A DNA stretch of 64,000 nt from the human T2T-CHM13v2.0 reference genome, Homo sapiens. Shown here piece by piece: positions 25,413 through 42,072 of this stretch. The position numbers and the translations under genes are program-made. Within the stretch, counting starts at the first letter, position 1. Every line of letters begins with the position of its first letter. The notes under the pieces were generated by a model. That model worked only from the letters and a program-made list of their open reading frames with translations, ran no database searches and was not told where the DNA came from. Where the stretch lies: NCBI RefSeq assembly GCF_009914755.1, contig NC_060927.1. One strand, 5' to 3'.

Positions 25413-25460
25413 CTTGTTACAGCTTATCAGATGCTTCAGAGAGAGAAGAAAAAGCTACAA
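25413..25460 (+). CDS. GOLGA4: GOLGA4 exon (LVTAYQMLQREKKKLQ)
   Basis: tag|CTT ... CAA|gtaagt; 48 nt; phase 0-0. Confidence 0.95.
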
Positions 25461-25534
25461 GTAAGTGATTTGTCAACTGCATTACTGAGTCATAATTTTT
25501 AAATCAGAAAGATCTTATATAGTAAGATATTTCT

Positions 25535-25852
<318 letters not shown>

Positions 25853-26271
25853 TATAGTAAGATATTTCTAAGCCTTCCTTTTAAATAATTCTGCATATGA
25901 ACAAAATATTAAGCTTGTTTTACCATTATTGGAGGTTTTGATAAAGAGAAAGTGAATGAGATCCCAGAGATTTTACCTCTGTTAAGGATGAGCTTCCTTG
26001 AGTTACAGATCTCGGTAGTGTTTAAGAAGTTAGGATTTACAGCATGCCTCTCTCAAGCATGTTTTCTAGTGTCTCAGTCTACAGGTTGCTTCCTTGTTTT
26101 AGTGGTAAAGACATATCTAACCTTCTATGCTTTCCTTCTGCTTTTTAAATACCTGCAGACATCTGTTTCTTATCATTATATCAGGGTCCAAATGCAAGCA
26201 TCCTCTCTTCTATAATAACTATTTCCTGTGGCTGCTGCTTGTGAAGCTTTTGATTAAGTATGTAGGGATAA

Positions 26272-28177
<1,906 letters not shown>

Positions 28178-28634
28178 GGTTTTGTTTTTTTAAATATAGA
28201 CAATTATTTTGTTTCTAAGCCACAAAAACCTTTAGAACAGGCTGTTAATTGATGTGTTCCACACATTATAAGTTTCAATGAAATAAACTGCAGTTGGAAT
28301 TTGATTTAATTTTAAAACATTTTATTTTTTAAATTGAACAGACAGTAAAATTGACTTTTTGTTTGGTTTACATGTCCATGCATTTTAACAAATGTATAGA
28401 TTTTGAACCACTGCCACTGCCAGGATGCAGAACAGTTCTATAACATCATGATCTAACTTAACAGATTTTTCAATATGGTCACATCTTTAACATTTTAGGC
28501 TTGTCCTCTATCTTCAGGTTATTTTTGGATAAACGGTTGTAATATTTTAAAAATAATTATTTTTGACTTGCTTTGTATTTACTATGTCATACAGTTAGCT
28601 GTTTAACCAGCTTTTTTTTCTCTCTCAATTAAAG

Positions 28635-28691
28635 GGTATATTAAGTCAGAGTCAGGATAAATCACTTCGGAGAATAGCAGAATTAAGAGAG
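28635..28691 (+). CDS. GOLGA4: GOLGA4 exon (GILSQSQDKSLRRIAELRE)
   Basis: aag|GGT ... GAG|gtaagt; 57 nt. Confidence 0.95.
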
Positions 28692-31306
28692 GTAAGTTTC
28701 AGTGATGAGTACTTTGAAAATAGTAATTAAATCTCATATTTATCAGAACTGTTGTATGTGCTAGGGTAGTTTCATATGCATCTCATTAGTTATACTAATA
28801 ACTAACCAGTCCAGCCTACAAGACCAGGGGTCAGTTCTTGAAGTTTTTATTTGTATGGTTTTTCTAAGATACATTGTTGGAATTAATGAAATGAGGTGTT
28901 AGCAACAGAATATCAATTGTCTGCATGAACAGTCAGCGTCAACTTCCAAGGGTTAACTGGGTTCTTCTGTTATGTATTTCAGGCTTCTTTTTGTTTTTCC
29001 TAACCCTAAGTCTTTTTTATAAAATAAATTATGTTTACTGTAATTTTGAGGGGGGTGGGTAATTTTTCATAGCACTTAGACTGTTTGAATTCCTTTATGT
29101 CTTCCTGAGGGCCATGTGTACCCACTTGCCATCGGAGTAGGCAAGACCACTCCTGGTTTGACCTGCTGTCTCAAATTATTTTGTAATGAGTACCTGTTGA
29201 CTTTTGGGGTTCTCCTGCTGTCAGGTCCATCTGATACCTTGTCGCTTCCCTCTGCTTTCTCCTATACAGATCCCAACAATTGCATATTTTACTGCTATTG
29301 GTGTTTTCTCTCCACTCATTTGTATTGTTTGTTGAAGAATATCTTGTTACCTATTTTTGTTATGAGTGTTCTTCATGGGTTTTTGTTACTTTCTGTTAAT
29401 TTATTAACAAAACTAGTGTTATTTTGAGAAGTTTGAAATAGGTAGCTTTAGGACAAATCAAAGTAAGTTTAATGTTTTAGGTATTCTAACTGTGTAATTT
29501 ATCAGTCCAAGATACAGATTTAAAAAGTATAGATAGCCTTAAAAGGGTCAGGTAAATTAATAAATCTATAAATAGTAATTGAGAAAAACTAGTATAATTG
29601 TGGGAGGAGGCAAAGAAGAAAAACAAGGGAGTATAGATTAGGATGATATCATCAATATAGCCGTATTGTCCCATAGAATATTCTTTGTTGTTATTGTCAA
29701 TGACAGACTATTGCGTGAATTAACAATCAGAATTAATCATATAGGAATTTCCTGTATTATATTACTAAAGTTTTATTCTTATTGCTATCATGTTTGATTT
29801 CTAGTCTCTCGCAATTTTTTTATATAGCCAAATTACTGAATTTTTGTGGTATGAAAGAAAGATTATATCATTTACCACAATTCCCAAATAAATTCTTTAA
29901 AACATTTCTAAACATGACTTTGAAAACCAGGCTAATTTACTTTTGTTATACTGACAAGACCAAGCATTGGCCTCAATAATACAAATAATTACAGATGTCC
30001 TTTATTAATGAAAATTTGTACAACTTCTTTTGGATTAATAACGTAGAAAAATGTATACCCACTTTGGAAGTTATAGAGAAGGAACAAAACCTTAACTCCT
30101 GGTCTGCCCAAGATTCTGCTTTCCTAGTTGGACTGGGAATGTGTTAGTACTCAGAAAAGTATGCATGGGGATTAGGCGTATGCAACAAAGGGGTTGTAGG
30201 AAGTGAGAGAATGATAGCTAGGGTATCCTCTTTTGTTTCTCCTGCCTTATATTAATAGAAAGAAAGTGCTTTTAGCAGCTAAAAGCACCTTTGCTTTTGC
30301 TAGAGGGGCAAATAATACGGCATTTCTACCCAAAAGATTTTTCTGTTAAGCTAATATCTTTTTGCTTAACATTTCTTTTTTACTTGTCTTGTGTTTTGGG
30401 AATAAATGAAGGGTGTTGATAGGTATCTTGTATTTCTGGTGAGAAATTAAATGCCCATGTTTTATACAGTTAATGATTAGATATACATAGTAATGGAGAG
30501 CAGGCATGTTTAAAATTCAGAGAGTGCACATTAGAGGTTAGGCATCAGGTTTTAATGCCTAAAACCTGATGAATCCTCTTTAAAACATTCGCATTATTTA
30601 AATATGCATTGAATAAAGACACAGGAATACCTCTTTATAATGTTATTATATCTGGAAACACAGGAATACCTGTTTTTTTTTCCTTCCTATGCTCAGCCCT
30701 TCTCCACTAAGAGCCCTTGTCTGAGGGAGTTATACTCAAGAAAATACAGCTGAATGGGAAACACATCTACTTTACTCATAGATGAGTAAGCACCCATGTG
30801 ATTGCCGGCTGTTAGTAAAGATAGGCCTCCTATCTATCTATTCTCTAATTTAAATTATAGAACCAGCATTCCCTGGCAATATCAAATGGGGAAAGAAAAA
30901 GAATTGACTTAGCTAGCAGGCCCCAGCCTTACTCATCTACTCAGTTGCAGCTGTTGAGGGACTTAGAAAACTGTGAGAGAGCTCACTGGCTGAAAAGCAT
31001 GCCTTGTCATGCTTGTCTGTGGTAAAATGCATTTGTGTTGACCTTTCAAAGAGGGTGGAGCTCTGTGAAAACTCTGGATGCTGCCAATTAGATTTGCAAC
31101 TCTACCTAAATTTTTTAGGAGCTGGTGAAATGTTGGGGGCAAAGACCAGAGGTAAGGGAATATGGAACTAAAGGGCCTAATTTAACTTTCCTGCCTAAAT
31201 CCATAATTTTATGCATTAACTTTATCTTCCTCTATTAGGAAATATTAATACTTATCAGAGTCACAGATTGATGAATTTGTTGGTTTTTTTTTTTAATCCA
31301 CCTACA

Positions 31307-31420
31307 TGTATTAGTTTTCTCTTGCTGCTGCAACAAATTACCACCAACTTAATGGCTTAACACAACACGAATAATTATCTTAGAAGTTTGACACAAGCCT
31401 CACTGGGCTAACATGCTGGC
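31307..31420 (-). mobile_element. MLT1 (MaLR) LTR fragment
   Basis: TGTATTAGTTTTCT..TGCTGCTG.AACAAATTACCAC.AACTTA.TGGCTTAA motif. Confidence 0.55.
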
Positions 31421-32593
31421 AGAATAGTGTATAGGTAGCCGGGAGAGGGAGAAGGGTACATGATTAAAAGATGCTCCCTTGTAACCAAGGACTTTTTGTC
31501 TAGATGAGGAAATGAAAACTTGCAAAATCTGAAAACTATAGTATAAATCGAGGAGTGTTTTTTGGTTTGTTTTTTTTGTTTTGGTGGGCTGTTAGGACTG
31601 CTATGTAACAGAGTCCAGCATGGAAGGTTGTAGGTTGTAGGAAATTATTTGGAAGAAATGAAGTTTACCTTCCAGTTCCTTCCAGAAGTGGGGGAGAAGG
31701 GAGTTGTCATAGGGCCACTAACTGTTGTATTTCGGAATAAAGACATCAGGAATAAGTACCCAGATTCTTTTATTGCCATTATTTCATTAAAGTAGTTGTG
31801 GCCGGGCACAGTGGCTCATGCCTACGCCTGTAATCCCAGCACTTTGGGAGGCTGAGGCAGGCAGATCACGAGGTCAAGAGATCGAGACCATCCTGGCCAA
31901 CATGGTGAAACCCCGTCTCTAGTAAAAATACAAAAATTAGCTGGGTGTGGTGGCACGCACCTGTAGTCCCAGCTACTCGGTAGGCTGAGGCAGGAGAATC
32001 ACTTGAACCCGGGAGGTGGAGTTTGGCAGTGAGCCTAGATCGCACCACTGCACTTCAGCCTGGTGACAGCGAGACTCCGTCTCAAAAAAAAAAAAGGTTT
32101 TAGTACCAAAACAATTAGGAAGGACATATTCCCAGGATAAAGTAACAGCTACTTATATGAAAGGAATTTAGATCTAAGAAAATCTCTCCACATTGGCTTT
32201 TGTTTCTTATTTCACGATGGATCTCTGAAAACATTATTTAGGGCATGACCAGCATTTGGAGACCACTGCTGTGGGAATGTAAAGTCAGGAGACATTTGTG
32301 AGAGGAAAAGTAAAAAATATGCTCAGAGATGTTGGGGCAATGTGGGTGTTGGGCAGAATAGAGGACACTTATGAGTGTACCAGATAGTGCCTCAGTGTTT
32401 TGCTCGGGCAATTCTTAGTGTTTTGAGAATTAATAAGTTTGAAACAATGTAAGAAGAGGGAGTTGCTTATAATTCTTTGAAAATATTGTTTGAGGAAAAT
32501 TATTCTAGCAAATGTGTGAGGGATGGATAAAATTAGAGGAGGACTTGAGGTAAGAAATCTGTCTAGAAGGCTATTGAAGGAAATTAACTGTCA

Positions 32594-32816
32594 CAAGCTT
32601 GTCTAACCTGCAGCCCGTGGCCTGCATGCAGCCCAGGACGGCTTTGAATGTGGCCCAGCACAAATTTTTAAACTTCCTTAAAACATTGTGAGATTTTTCT
32701 TGTGATTTTTTTTTTTAAATGCTCATCAGCTATTGTTAATGTATTTTATATGTGGCCCAAGACAATTCTTTTTCTTCCAGTGTGGACTAGGGAAGCTAAA
32801 AGATTGGACATCCCTG
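32594..32816 (-). mobile_element. MER30 hAT MITE
   Basis: CAAGCTTGTC.AACC ... AAAAGATTGGACA.CCCTG termini. Confidence 0.8.
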
Positions 32817-33158
32817 ATCTAAAGTTTGAGAGACCTGGGCTGTGGTTATAGTTGTGGTAAAAGATAGGATCTAAACATTCTAGAAAAAGTAATAAAAAAT
32901 ATTGATTATATGCAGGGATTAACAAAGATAAGTAAAATGTGACTTTGAATATTTTGAGTTTAGGGAACTAGTGAAGTATAGGAATCCCAGAACGATAAAG
33001 AGCTGTCTAATACTTCCATGTGCTAACCTCCGGCATTCTAAGGGAGAAACACAGAAGACACAAGATTGAACCCAAGAGGGCTAGAAGGAATCAGTGAAGG
33101 ACAAAGAGGAAACTGTAATTGACAGGAGTGTAGCCAGGAGCCCTAAAGCCATGGTCAG

Positions 33159-33480
33159 CAGGTATAGCTGAGAAAAGCTTCCATAGGTCATTTTGTCATT
33201 GTGCAAATACCAGAGTGTTCTTTCAGAAACCTAGATGCTATAACCTGCTATATACCTAGGCAATATTGTATTGTTTATTGTTCCTACACTACAAGCCTGT
33301 ACAGCATGTTACTGTACTGAACTCTGTAGACAGTTGTAACACAATGGTAAGTATTTGCATATCCAAGTCTATCTAAACATAGAAAAAGCCCTGTAAAAAT
33401 ACGTTATTATAATCTTATGAAACCACCGTCATATGTGTGGTCCGTCATCTTCCAGAACATTGTTATGTGATATGTGACTA
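33159..33480 (-). mobile_element. Tigger3a/MER7A fossil
   Basis: TTATAATCTTATG..ACCACCGTCATAT motif, the reverse complement of the 2222 element start. Confidence 0.7.
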
Positions 33481-33782
33481 TACCTAAAATGAACGGGTAA
33501 TTACTGGTGGCTGGTTTTGCAGAGAGACAAAAATCAATGGATTTGGTTAGGAAGGCTCATTAATGACCTAAAGAAAGCAGCATTTTAACTAATTGCAGGA
33601 ACTAGAAATTTCATTTTACAGATGAGAAAGCGTTTGGTTTCGACTATCAGACACTTTCATATGTTGGGAGGAGGAAGACTACTGGCTATCTGTTTGGTAT
33701 ATAATAATTTGGTGTTAGATCAGATGAATATAATATAACACAAGTAGTAAGAGTCTCAAAGTTTTTCTTTTATCTTAAGTAA

Positions 33783-34013
<231 letters not shown>

Positions 34014-34378
34014 TGACCTCAAGTGATCCACCCTCCTCGGCCTCCCACAGTGTGGGATTACAGGTGTGAGCCACCGCACCCGGCCTGTCTTAAGTGATTA
34101 TTTATTTTCTCCACATTATTATCAGTGCAGCCATCATTACAGCTCTGGAAAGTACACTTTTTTCTTCTTGGATCTTCATATTCTTTAAGGAACAAAATCA
34201 TTTGTTGATGCAAATGTTTTAAATAATGTTAATGTTTTACATACTAATTATTCTCTAATTATTGTTGCTGATACCTTAAGGGGAATGCAAATCTGTATTC
34301 AACATGTTTTTAAATTTTGAAAACTTTGTATTTTTTGTTTTATACTGAAAATTACCTGTAAATCATTTTATGTTTTAG

Positions 34379-34477
34379 GAGCTCCAAATGGACCAGCAGG
34401 CAAAGAAACATCTGCAAGAGGAGTTTGATGCATCTTTAGAGGAGAAAGATCAGTATATCAGTGTTCTCCAAACTCAG
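34379..34477 (+). CDS. GOLGA4: GOLGA4 exon (ELQMDQQAKKHLQEEFDASLEEKDQYISVLQTQ)
   Basis: tag|GAG ... CAG|gtaaaa; 99 nt. Confidence 0.95.
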
Positions 34478-34688
34478 GTAAAAGAGTAAAAGAAAAAGTG
34501 TGGAATTTTTTGGATAAAGAAAAATAGAGGGGGTTTGATTTGGATATCTGCAAGGTTGCAAAAGTTTTTTCTTTTTTAAGACCTATTTTTAAAACTTTTT
34601 GCTTTCCTCAATTTTTTTTATTTTTAATTTTTTTTGAGACAGAGTCTTGCTCTTTCACCCTGGCTATAGTGCAGTGGCGTGATCATAG

Positions 34689-34913
<225 letters not shown>

Positions 34914-35097
34914 TAGCTCTTCAGTTAATGTTAAGGATACTTTTTTATTTATTGTATCTTTTGACTAACTGCATAATAATAATAGCAAATATAAAAACCA
35001 GCTGTATTGGGAGTAAACTTTTTATTTTGATTATTTTCCCCCACTTTAGTAAGAAGAATATCATTTAATCCGTCCTCTCTCTGTTTTAAATAAAGTA

Positions 35098-35432
35098 CAA
35101 TAAGCCATCCACATTGATGTGTTTTTGTATGTGTGGATTCAACCAACTGGATCAGAAATATTTAGGGGGTGAAAACCATGTGTAGTGAACATGTAGACTT
35201 TTTTTCTTCTCATTATTTTCTAAAATATATGTAGTACAACAACTACTTGCATAGCATTTTCATTATTTAGGTAGTTTATGTAATCTAGGGATGATTTAAA
35301 TTATACTGGAGGATGTGTGTAGGCTATATGCAAATACTACACCATTTTATATAATGGACTTGAGCTCCTGCGGATTTTGGTATTAACAGGGAATCCTGGA
35401 ACCAATCCCCCACAGATACCAAGGGACAATTG
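35098..35432 (+). mobile_element. MER2 (Tigger) fossil
   Basis: GGATTCAACCAAC ... CCTGGAACCAATCCCCCACAGATACCAAGGGAC. Confidence 0.75.
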
Positions 35433-35486
35433 TACTACTCCCATAGTTTTTTTTGACTTTTTTCTAATGAAGCACATTTATATTAG

Positions 35487-35619
35487 GTTTCTCTACTGAA
35501 ACAACGATTACGAAATGGCCCGATGAATGTTGATGTACTGAAACCACTTCCTCAGCTGGAACCACAGGCTGAAGTCTTCACTAAAGAAGAGAATCCAGAA
35601 AGTGATGGAGAGCCAGTAG
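35487..35619 (+). CDS. GOLGA4: GOLGA4 exon (VSLLKQRLRNGPMNVDVLKPLPQ...SDGEPV)
   Basis: tag|GTT ... G|gtaagc; 133 nt; ends in phase 1. Confidence 0.95.
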
Positions 35620-35953
35620 GTAAGCTTCATTTTGTCAAAAGGTTAATTTAAAAACTAGAGGAGAGCCAGGCTCCTTGGCTTACACCTTTAATCCCAACAC
35701 TTTGGGAGGCCAGTGTGGGAGGATCGCTTGAGTTCAGGAGTTTGAGACCAGCCTGGGCAACATAGAGAAAACCCTTCTCCACAAGAAAAACAAAAACAAA
35801 AATGAAACCCCAAGAAAACCTAGAGGAGGATTTTGAGAGATTCCAGGATGTGAGCTGATAGATATGGGCTGAGGTAGAAGTGTCCGTGGTCCTAATAGTT
35901 TCAGAAAGATGCAAGGGTTTGTTTTGTTTTTTTGGTTCTTTGTTGTTATTTAG

Positions 35954-36283
<330 letters not shown>

Positions 36284-37107
36284 TAATATGCAAAAATTTC
36301 ATAGTCTGTAACACCACATTTTCATTGTAATTGAAATTCATTTATTATGCTACACTGTTTTATTAATAGCAGTAGCTAGATTTCATATGAACAGGTCAGT
36401 TCTGCTTACATGCTAATAAGTGGGCTATTTGTAATTGTTTGGATATTTTAGTTTTTAAATATTGCTTAAATAGTTCTATATTCATAGATATTTGTATTTG
36501 TCCTATTAATTGCTTTTTAACTGGAAAAAGAAGAAATAGCTATATTTTGTCTTAAAATTCAGTTACAGCCTTCTTTGCTTTGAGGCTTGAGGTATATACG
36601 CAATAAAATTCCCGTCTTTTATTTCCTAGCTTTTTCTTTCAAAGGGACTTATGATAAACTTGGAGTAAGTAGTTGAGCAGTTAACTATCTGAGCAACCAG
36701 ACTATGGTGGGGTGGTGGGGCGGCGGGGCCAGTCCCGAAATTCCCAGACATGTGGAAACTTCAGACTCATAAATGTAAAGAGATGGAGAAAGTTGCACTT
36801 ACCAGAACTCCTCTCAGAAAGAGATTAGAATGTGGTTGGAAAGAATACCGTACTTTATTAATCCTTTTGGGAGGTGAGCTAAGACACATAATTTTGAATA
36901 ACAAAAGATGATTATCAAACTGTCATTTTAAGGAGGGTGGATTCAGTTAATGTTAGTTAACTACTGTGCCATTCTGAATGGGGTTGAACCTCAAAGAGGT
37001 GAATTACTACTAAGCTTCTTCAGATAAAGATTAAACAACTAATACTAAGTAGAGGTTTGGAAGGGTGCCAGTTTATTAGCTGACTAGGGTTGTCCCTTCT
37101 TCATCTA

Positions 37108-38189
<1,082 letters not shown>

Positions 38190-38232
38190 TATTCCTTACT
38201 GATGGGCCCTTCTTATGTTGCTTTATTGTTAG

Positions 38233-38420
38233 TGGAAGATGGAACTTCTGTAAAAACACTGGAAACACTCCAGCAAAGAGTGAAGCGTCAAGAGAACCTA
38301 CTTAAGCGTTGTAAGGAAACAATTCAGTCACATAAGGAACAATGTACACTATTAACTAGTGAAAAAGAAGCTCTGCAAGAACAACTGGATGAAAGACTTC
38401 AAGAACTAGAAAAGATAAAG
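38233..38420 (+). CDS. GOLGA4: GOLGA4 exon (VEDGTSVKTLETLQQRVKRQ...ELEKIK)
   Basis: tag|TG ... AAG|gtaaaa; 188 nt; phase 1-0. Confidence 0.95.
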
Positions 38421-38687
38421 GTAAAAGAGCAGATGAGTTTTGTTCTAATTTAATCTATAAAGTTAGATCCACAGGCTCCACAGCATGGCTTGTACCTCCG
38501 GGAGAGGAGAGTGGATGGAAAGGGCATTTTTGTTTGCCCTGGCCTACATAACACCAAACCTTGAGACTTACTGTGTACTTTTTTCCTTCTGCACTGTAAC
38601 ATGTATATAAATTAGATAAATGTTTAGAGTTCTCAAATGAGAAGAAGCTTTATTAGAGATGGAAATGAATTTAAAAATTTTTTTTAG

Positions 38688-38771
38688 GACCTTCATATGG
38701 CCGAGAAGACTAAACTTATCACTCAGTTGCGTGATGCAAAGAACTTAATTGAACAGCTTGAACAAGATAAG
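38688..38771 (+). CDS. GOLGA4: GOLGA4 exon (DLHMAEKTKLITQLRDAKNLIEQLEQDK)
   Basis: tag|GAC ... AAG|gtaaaa; 84 nt. Confidence 0.95.
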
Positions 38772-41197
38772 GTAAAACAACAAAACCTATGATACTAAAA
38801 TTTGTCAAGAGGCCCCAACATTTACTTTTGGAAACAGTTGGAAACATTCATGCTTGTTTCTGTTTTCTAAAAATTATTGCAGCTTTTTCCATGAAAAATC
38901 TTTAATTTCTAGATTTTTGTAACTACTAGCATTAGTTTTGTGTCATGTAAAACTGATTCTCTGATTTCTTGATCCCAGTCAGCATTATGATTTGTAGACT
39001 AGAATAACTGTTGCAAAGGAAGTTTATATTTATAGTACATAACTACTTTACAGAGAAAAGTTATTTATAGTTAAGGCATTATAAATGTGAATGATATCAG
39101 TATGTTCTTTCAGATAATATGGAAACAGATTAATCTCTCAGATAAGTTGCCTAACAAATAAATAAGGGGCTGGGCACAGTGGCTCATGCCTTTAATCTCA
39201 GCACTTTGGGAGGCTGAGGCGGGAGGATTGCTTGAAGCCAGAAGTTCAAGATCAACCTGGGCAGTAAAGCAAGACCTCCTCTCTACAAAAAAAAAAAAAA
39301 ATTAGCTGGGTATGTTGGTATATGCCTGTGGTCCCAGCTACTCGGGAGGCTGAGGCAGGAGGATTGCTTGAGCCCAGGAGTTAGAGGCTACAGTGAGCTA
39401 TGGTCACACTAGTGTACTGCAGCCTGGGTGACAGGGTGAGACCCTGTCTCTTAAAAAAACAACAAACAAAAATAAGTGATAATGTATATATTAGCATAAA
39501 TAAAAATGTCTACAAATGAATTTTAGAATGTGTAGATGAGATTAGAGGATTGAGGAAGGAATGAGTCTTACCTTTGGTAGTTTGGAGTTGGAGCAGCAGC
39601 TAAAGCTACGCAGCAAAGACAACCAGAAAATTCATGGGTAAACAGTTTTGACCTGTCTTTCAGCTCCAAGTTCTTGGGTCCTTTTTCTAAGCAGCTCCCA
39701 GTTTGTTCCATAGCATCCACCATTTTCTTTAATATGCCGGGTTATCACTAGAGTATTTTAAGTGGTCACGTAATTAAGAACATGTCAGAGCTGTCCTGCT
39801 GTTAAAATGTATTGGCAATCTTTTTCATCCTTTTGATAATACTGCTTTGCTAGATTATACACTTCTTGAGGGCCTACTTAAATTGTTTTTTTTTTTAAAT
39901 ATTATAATGAAGAACTTAAAACATTTACAAAAGAAAAGCTGCTAAAATGAATTTCTTTGAACCCACCACCCCGCTTCAACAGTTAACATCTCATGACTAA
40001 TCTTGTTTCATCTGTACCTTCTCAACTGTCATTGTCCTACTCACCCAGAATTGTTTTAGAGCAAATCCAAGAAATTTTATCATTTTTTTCCAAAAGTATT
40101 TTAATATATCTTTAAAATAAAAGACATTATTTTTACAATACTATAACCACATTATCATGATCACATCTAAAAATTTAATAATTTTAAAATATGACCTGCT
40201 ATCTAGTCAGTTTCAGATTTTCTCTAGTTTCTCATATATTTTTTGCTCTTTTATGAATCAGGGTCCAAATAAAGTTTTTTCATTGCAATTGGTTGATATG
40301 ACTCTTAAGATTTCTTTTAATTTACTGGTTTGATTATCTTCTCTCCTTCTCTTTCCACTATATTTTGGTTTTTGAAGAAACTGAAAGCCCATGATTTTGT
40401 TTTGAGATTTCATATAGCAGTGCCTCACTTACGTGGTTGTTATCTCTCTGTCTCTCCATTAATATTAGCCATCTGGAAGAGTCATATTCTAAAGCAAGGG
40501 TTGGCAAACCCTGTGGAGAGGGTGCTAATCTTAAGACCATGAAATTGTTGTCACAAAGTCTGAACATTTTTTCAAGAGACAAGTGAACCACCTCATTTTT
40601 TGTTAGTCCTAAATGACTTTTTTACTGTATACCATTTAGTTGTCTTTTTCCCCTGCCGACCTCCATTTCTAGTGTAGATTATCCAGAAAGAGGGAACAGA
40701 AGTAACTAGCAAGTTGGAGGAATGGAGATGCCTTACAAAGTAAGGAATAGTGGTGGTACCAGAGACAGTCACAGGAAGAAAGAGAAGAACCAGGTAGATG
40801 TGTCCTGGGATTTTGCTTTATCCAGTGTGGCAGCAGGCACCTTCCATTCTCAAGTGTCTGGGGTTATCCCCATGTTATAGTACAGATCAATACTTGTAGT
40901 TTATTGTAGTGCCAAGCCAGGTTCAGAAGACTATATTTTGTTCATTATAAACTGTTTACTAAGACAGATAGCACATTTGTAGAAAGGCTATAAAATAAAT
41001 CTTTTAAGTAATAATGTTTTAATGCTTTAAGGATTAAACTATTAAAATTTTTAATGTAAAAAATACTGTTATGCTAGGTAATAGGATTAGAGCAGAAAAC
41101 AGACCTCAGTTTGTGAAGTATTGAAATAATTGTTATGCTGTACTTAGCAAGAAATATCATTTTTTCTGCCTTTTATTTTTTGTTTTTTAATTTTTAA

Positions 41198-41513
<316 letters not shown>

Positions 41514-41584
41514 TAAGTTTTATCTGTGCTGTTGATGATGCAGTTTTGTTATGCAAATGTTTTAGAGTCTTCACTTCTATTCAG

Positions 41585-41732
41585 GGAATGGTAATCGCAG
41601 AGACAAAACGTCAGATGCATGAAACCCTGGAAATGAAAGAAGAAGAAATTGCTCAACTCCGTAGTCGCATCAAACAGATGACTACCCAGGGAGAGGAATT
41701 ACGGGAACAGAAAGAAAAGTCCGAAAGAGCTG
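41585..41732 (+). CDS. GOLGA4: GOLGA4 exon (GMVIAETKRQMHETLEMKEEEI...KSERA)
   Basis: cag|GGA ... G|gtaaga; 148 nt; ends in phase 1. Confidence 0.95.
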
Positions 41733-41881
41733 GTAAGAACTTGAGGGTTACTTGTTTTATGTTGGAACTCAAAAGTTATTTAAAGTGCTTGACCAGTATT
41801 TTTAAAAATGAGTTAAATATTGATAAAAATTCTTAACTATAGAGGCTCCTAATAAGACACCCATCTGCTCATTAGAGGAGG

Positions 41882-42072
41882 CAGAGGTTGGCAAACTGTG
41901 GCCTGTGGGCCAGATCCAGCCCACAGCCTATTTATGTACAGCCCTTAGGCTAAGGATGATTTTTACATTTTTAAATACTTGAACAAAAGAAAAATATATG
42001 ACAGAGACCATATGTGGTCTACAAAACCTAAAATATTTATCATCTGGCCCCTTACAGAAAATGTGTGCTGAC
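41882..42072 (+). mobile_element. MER58A-like hAT MITE
   Basis: CAGAGGTTGGCAAACT..GGCCTGTGGGCCA ... ATCTGGCCC.TTACAGAAAA. Confidence 0.7.
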
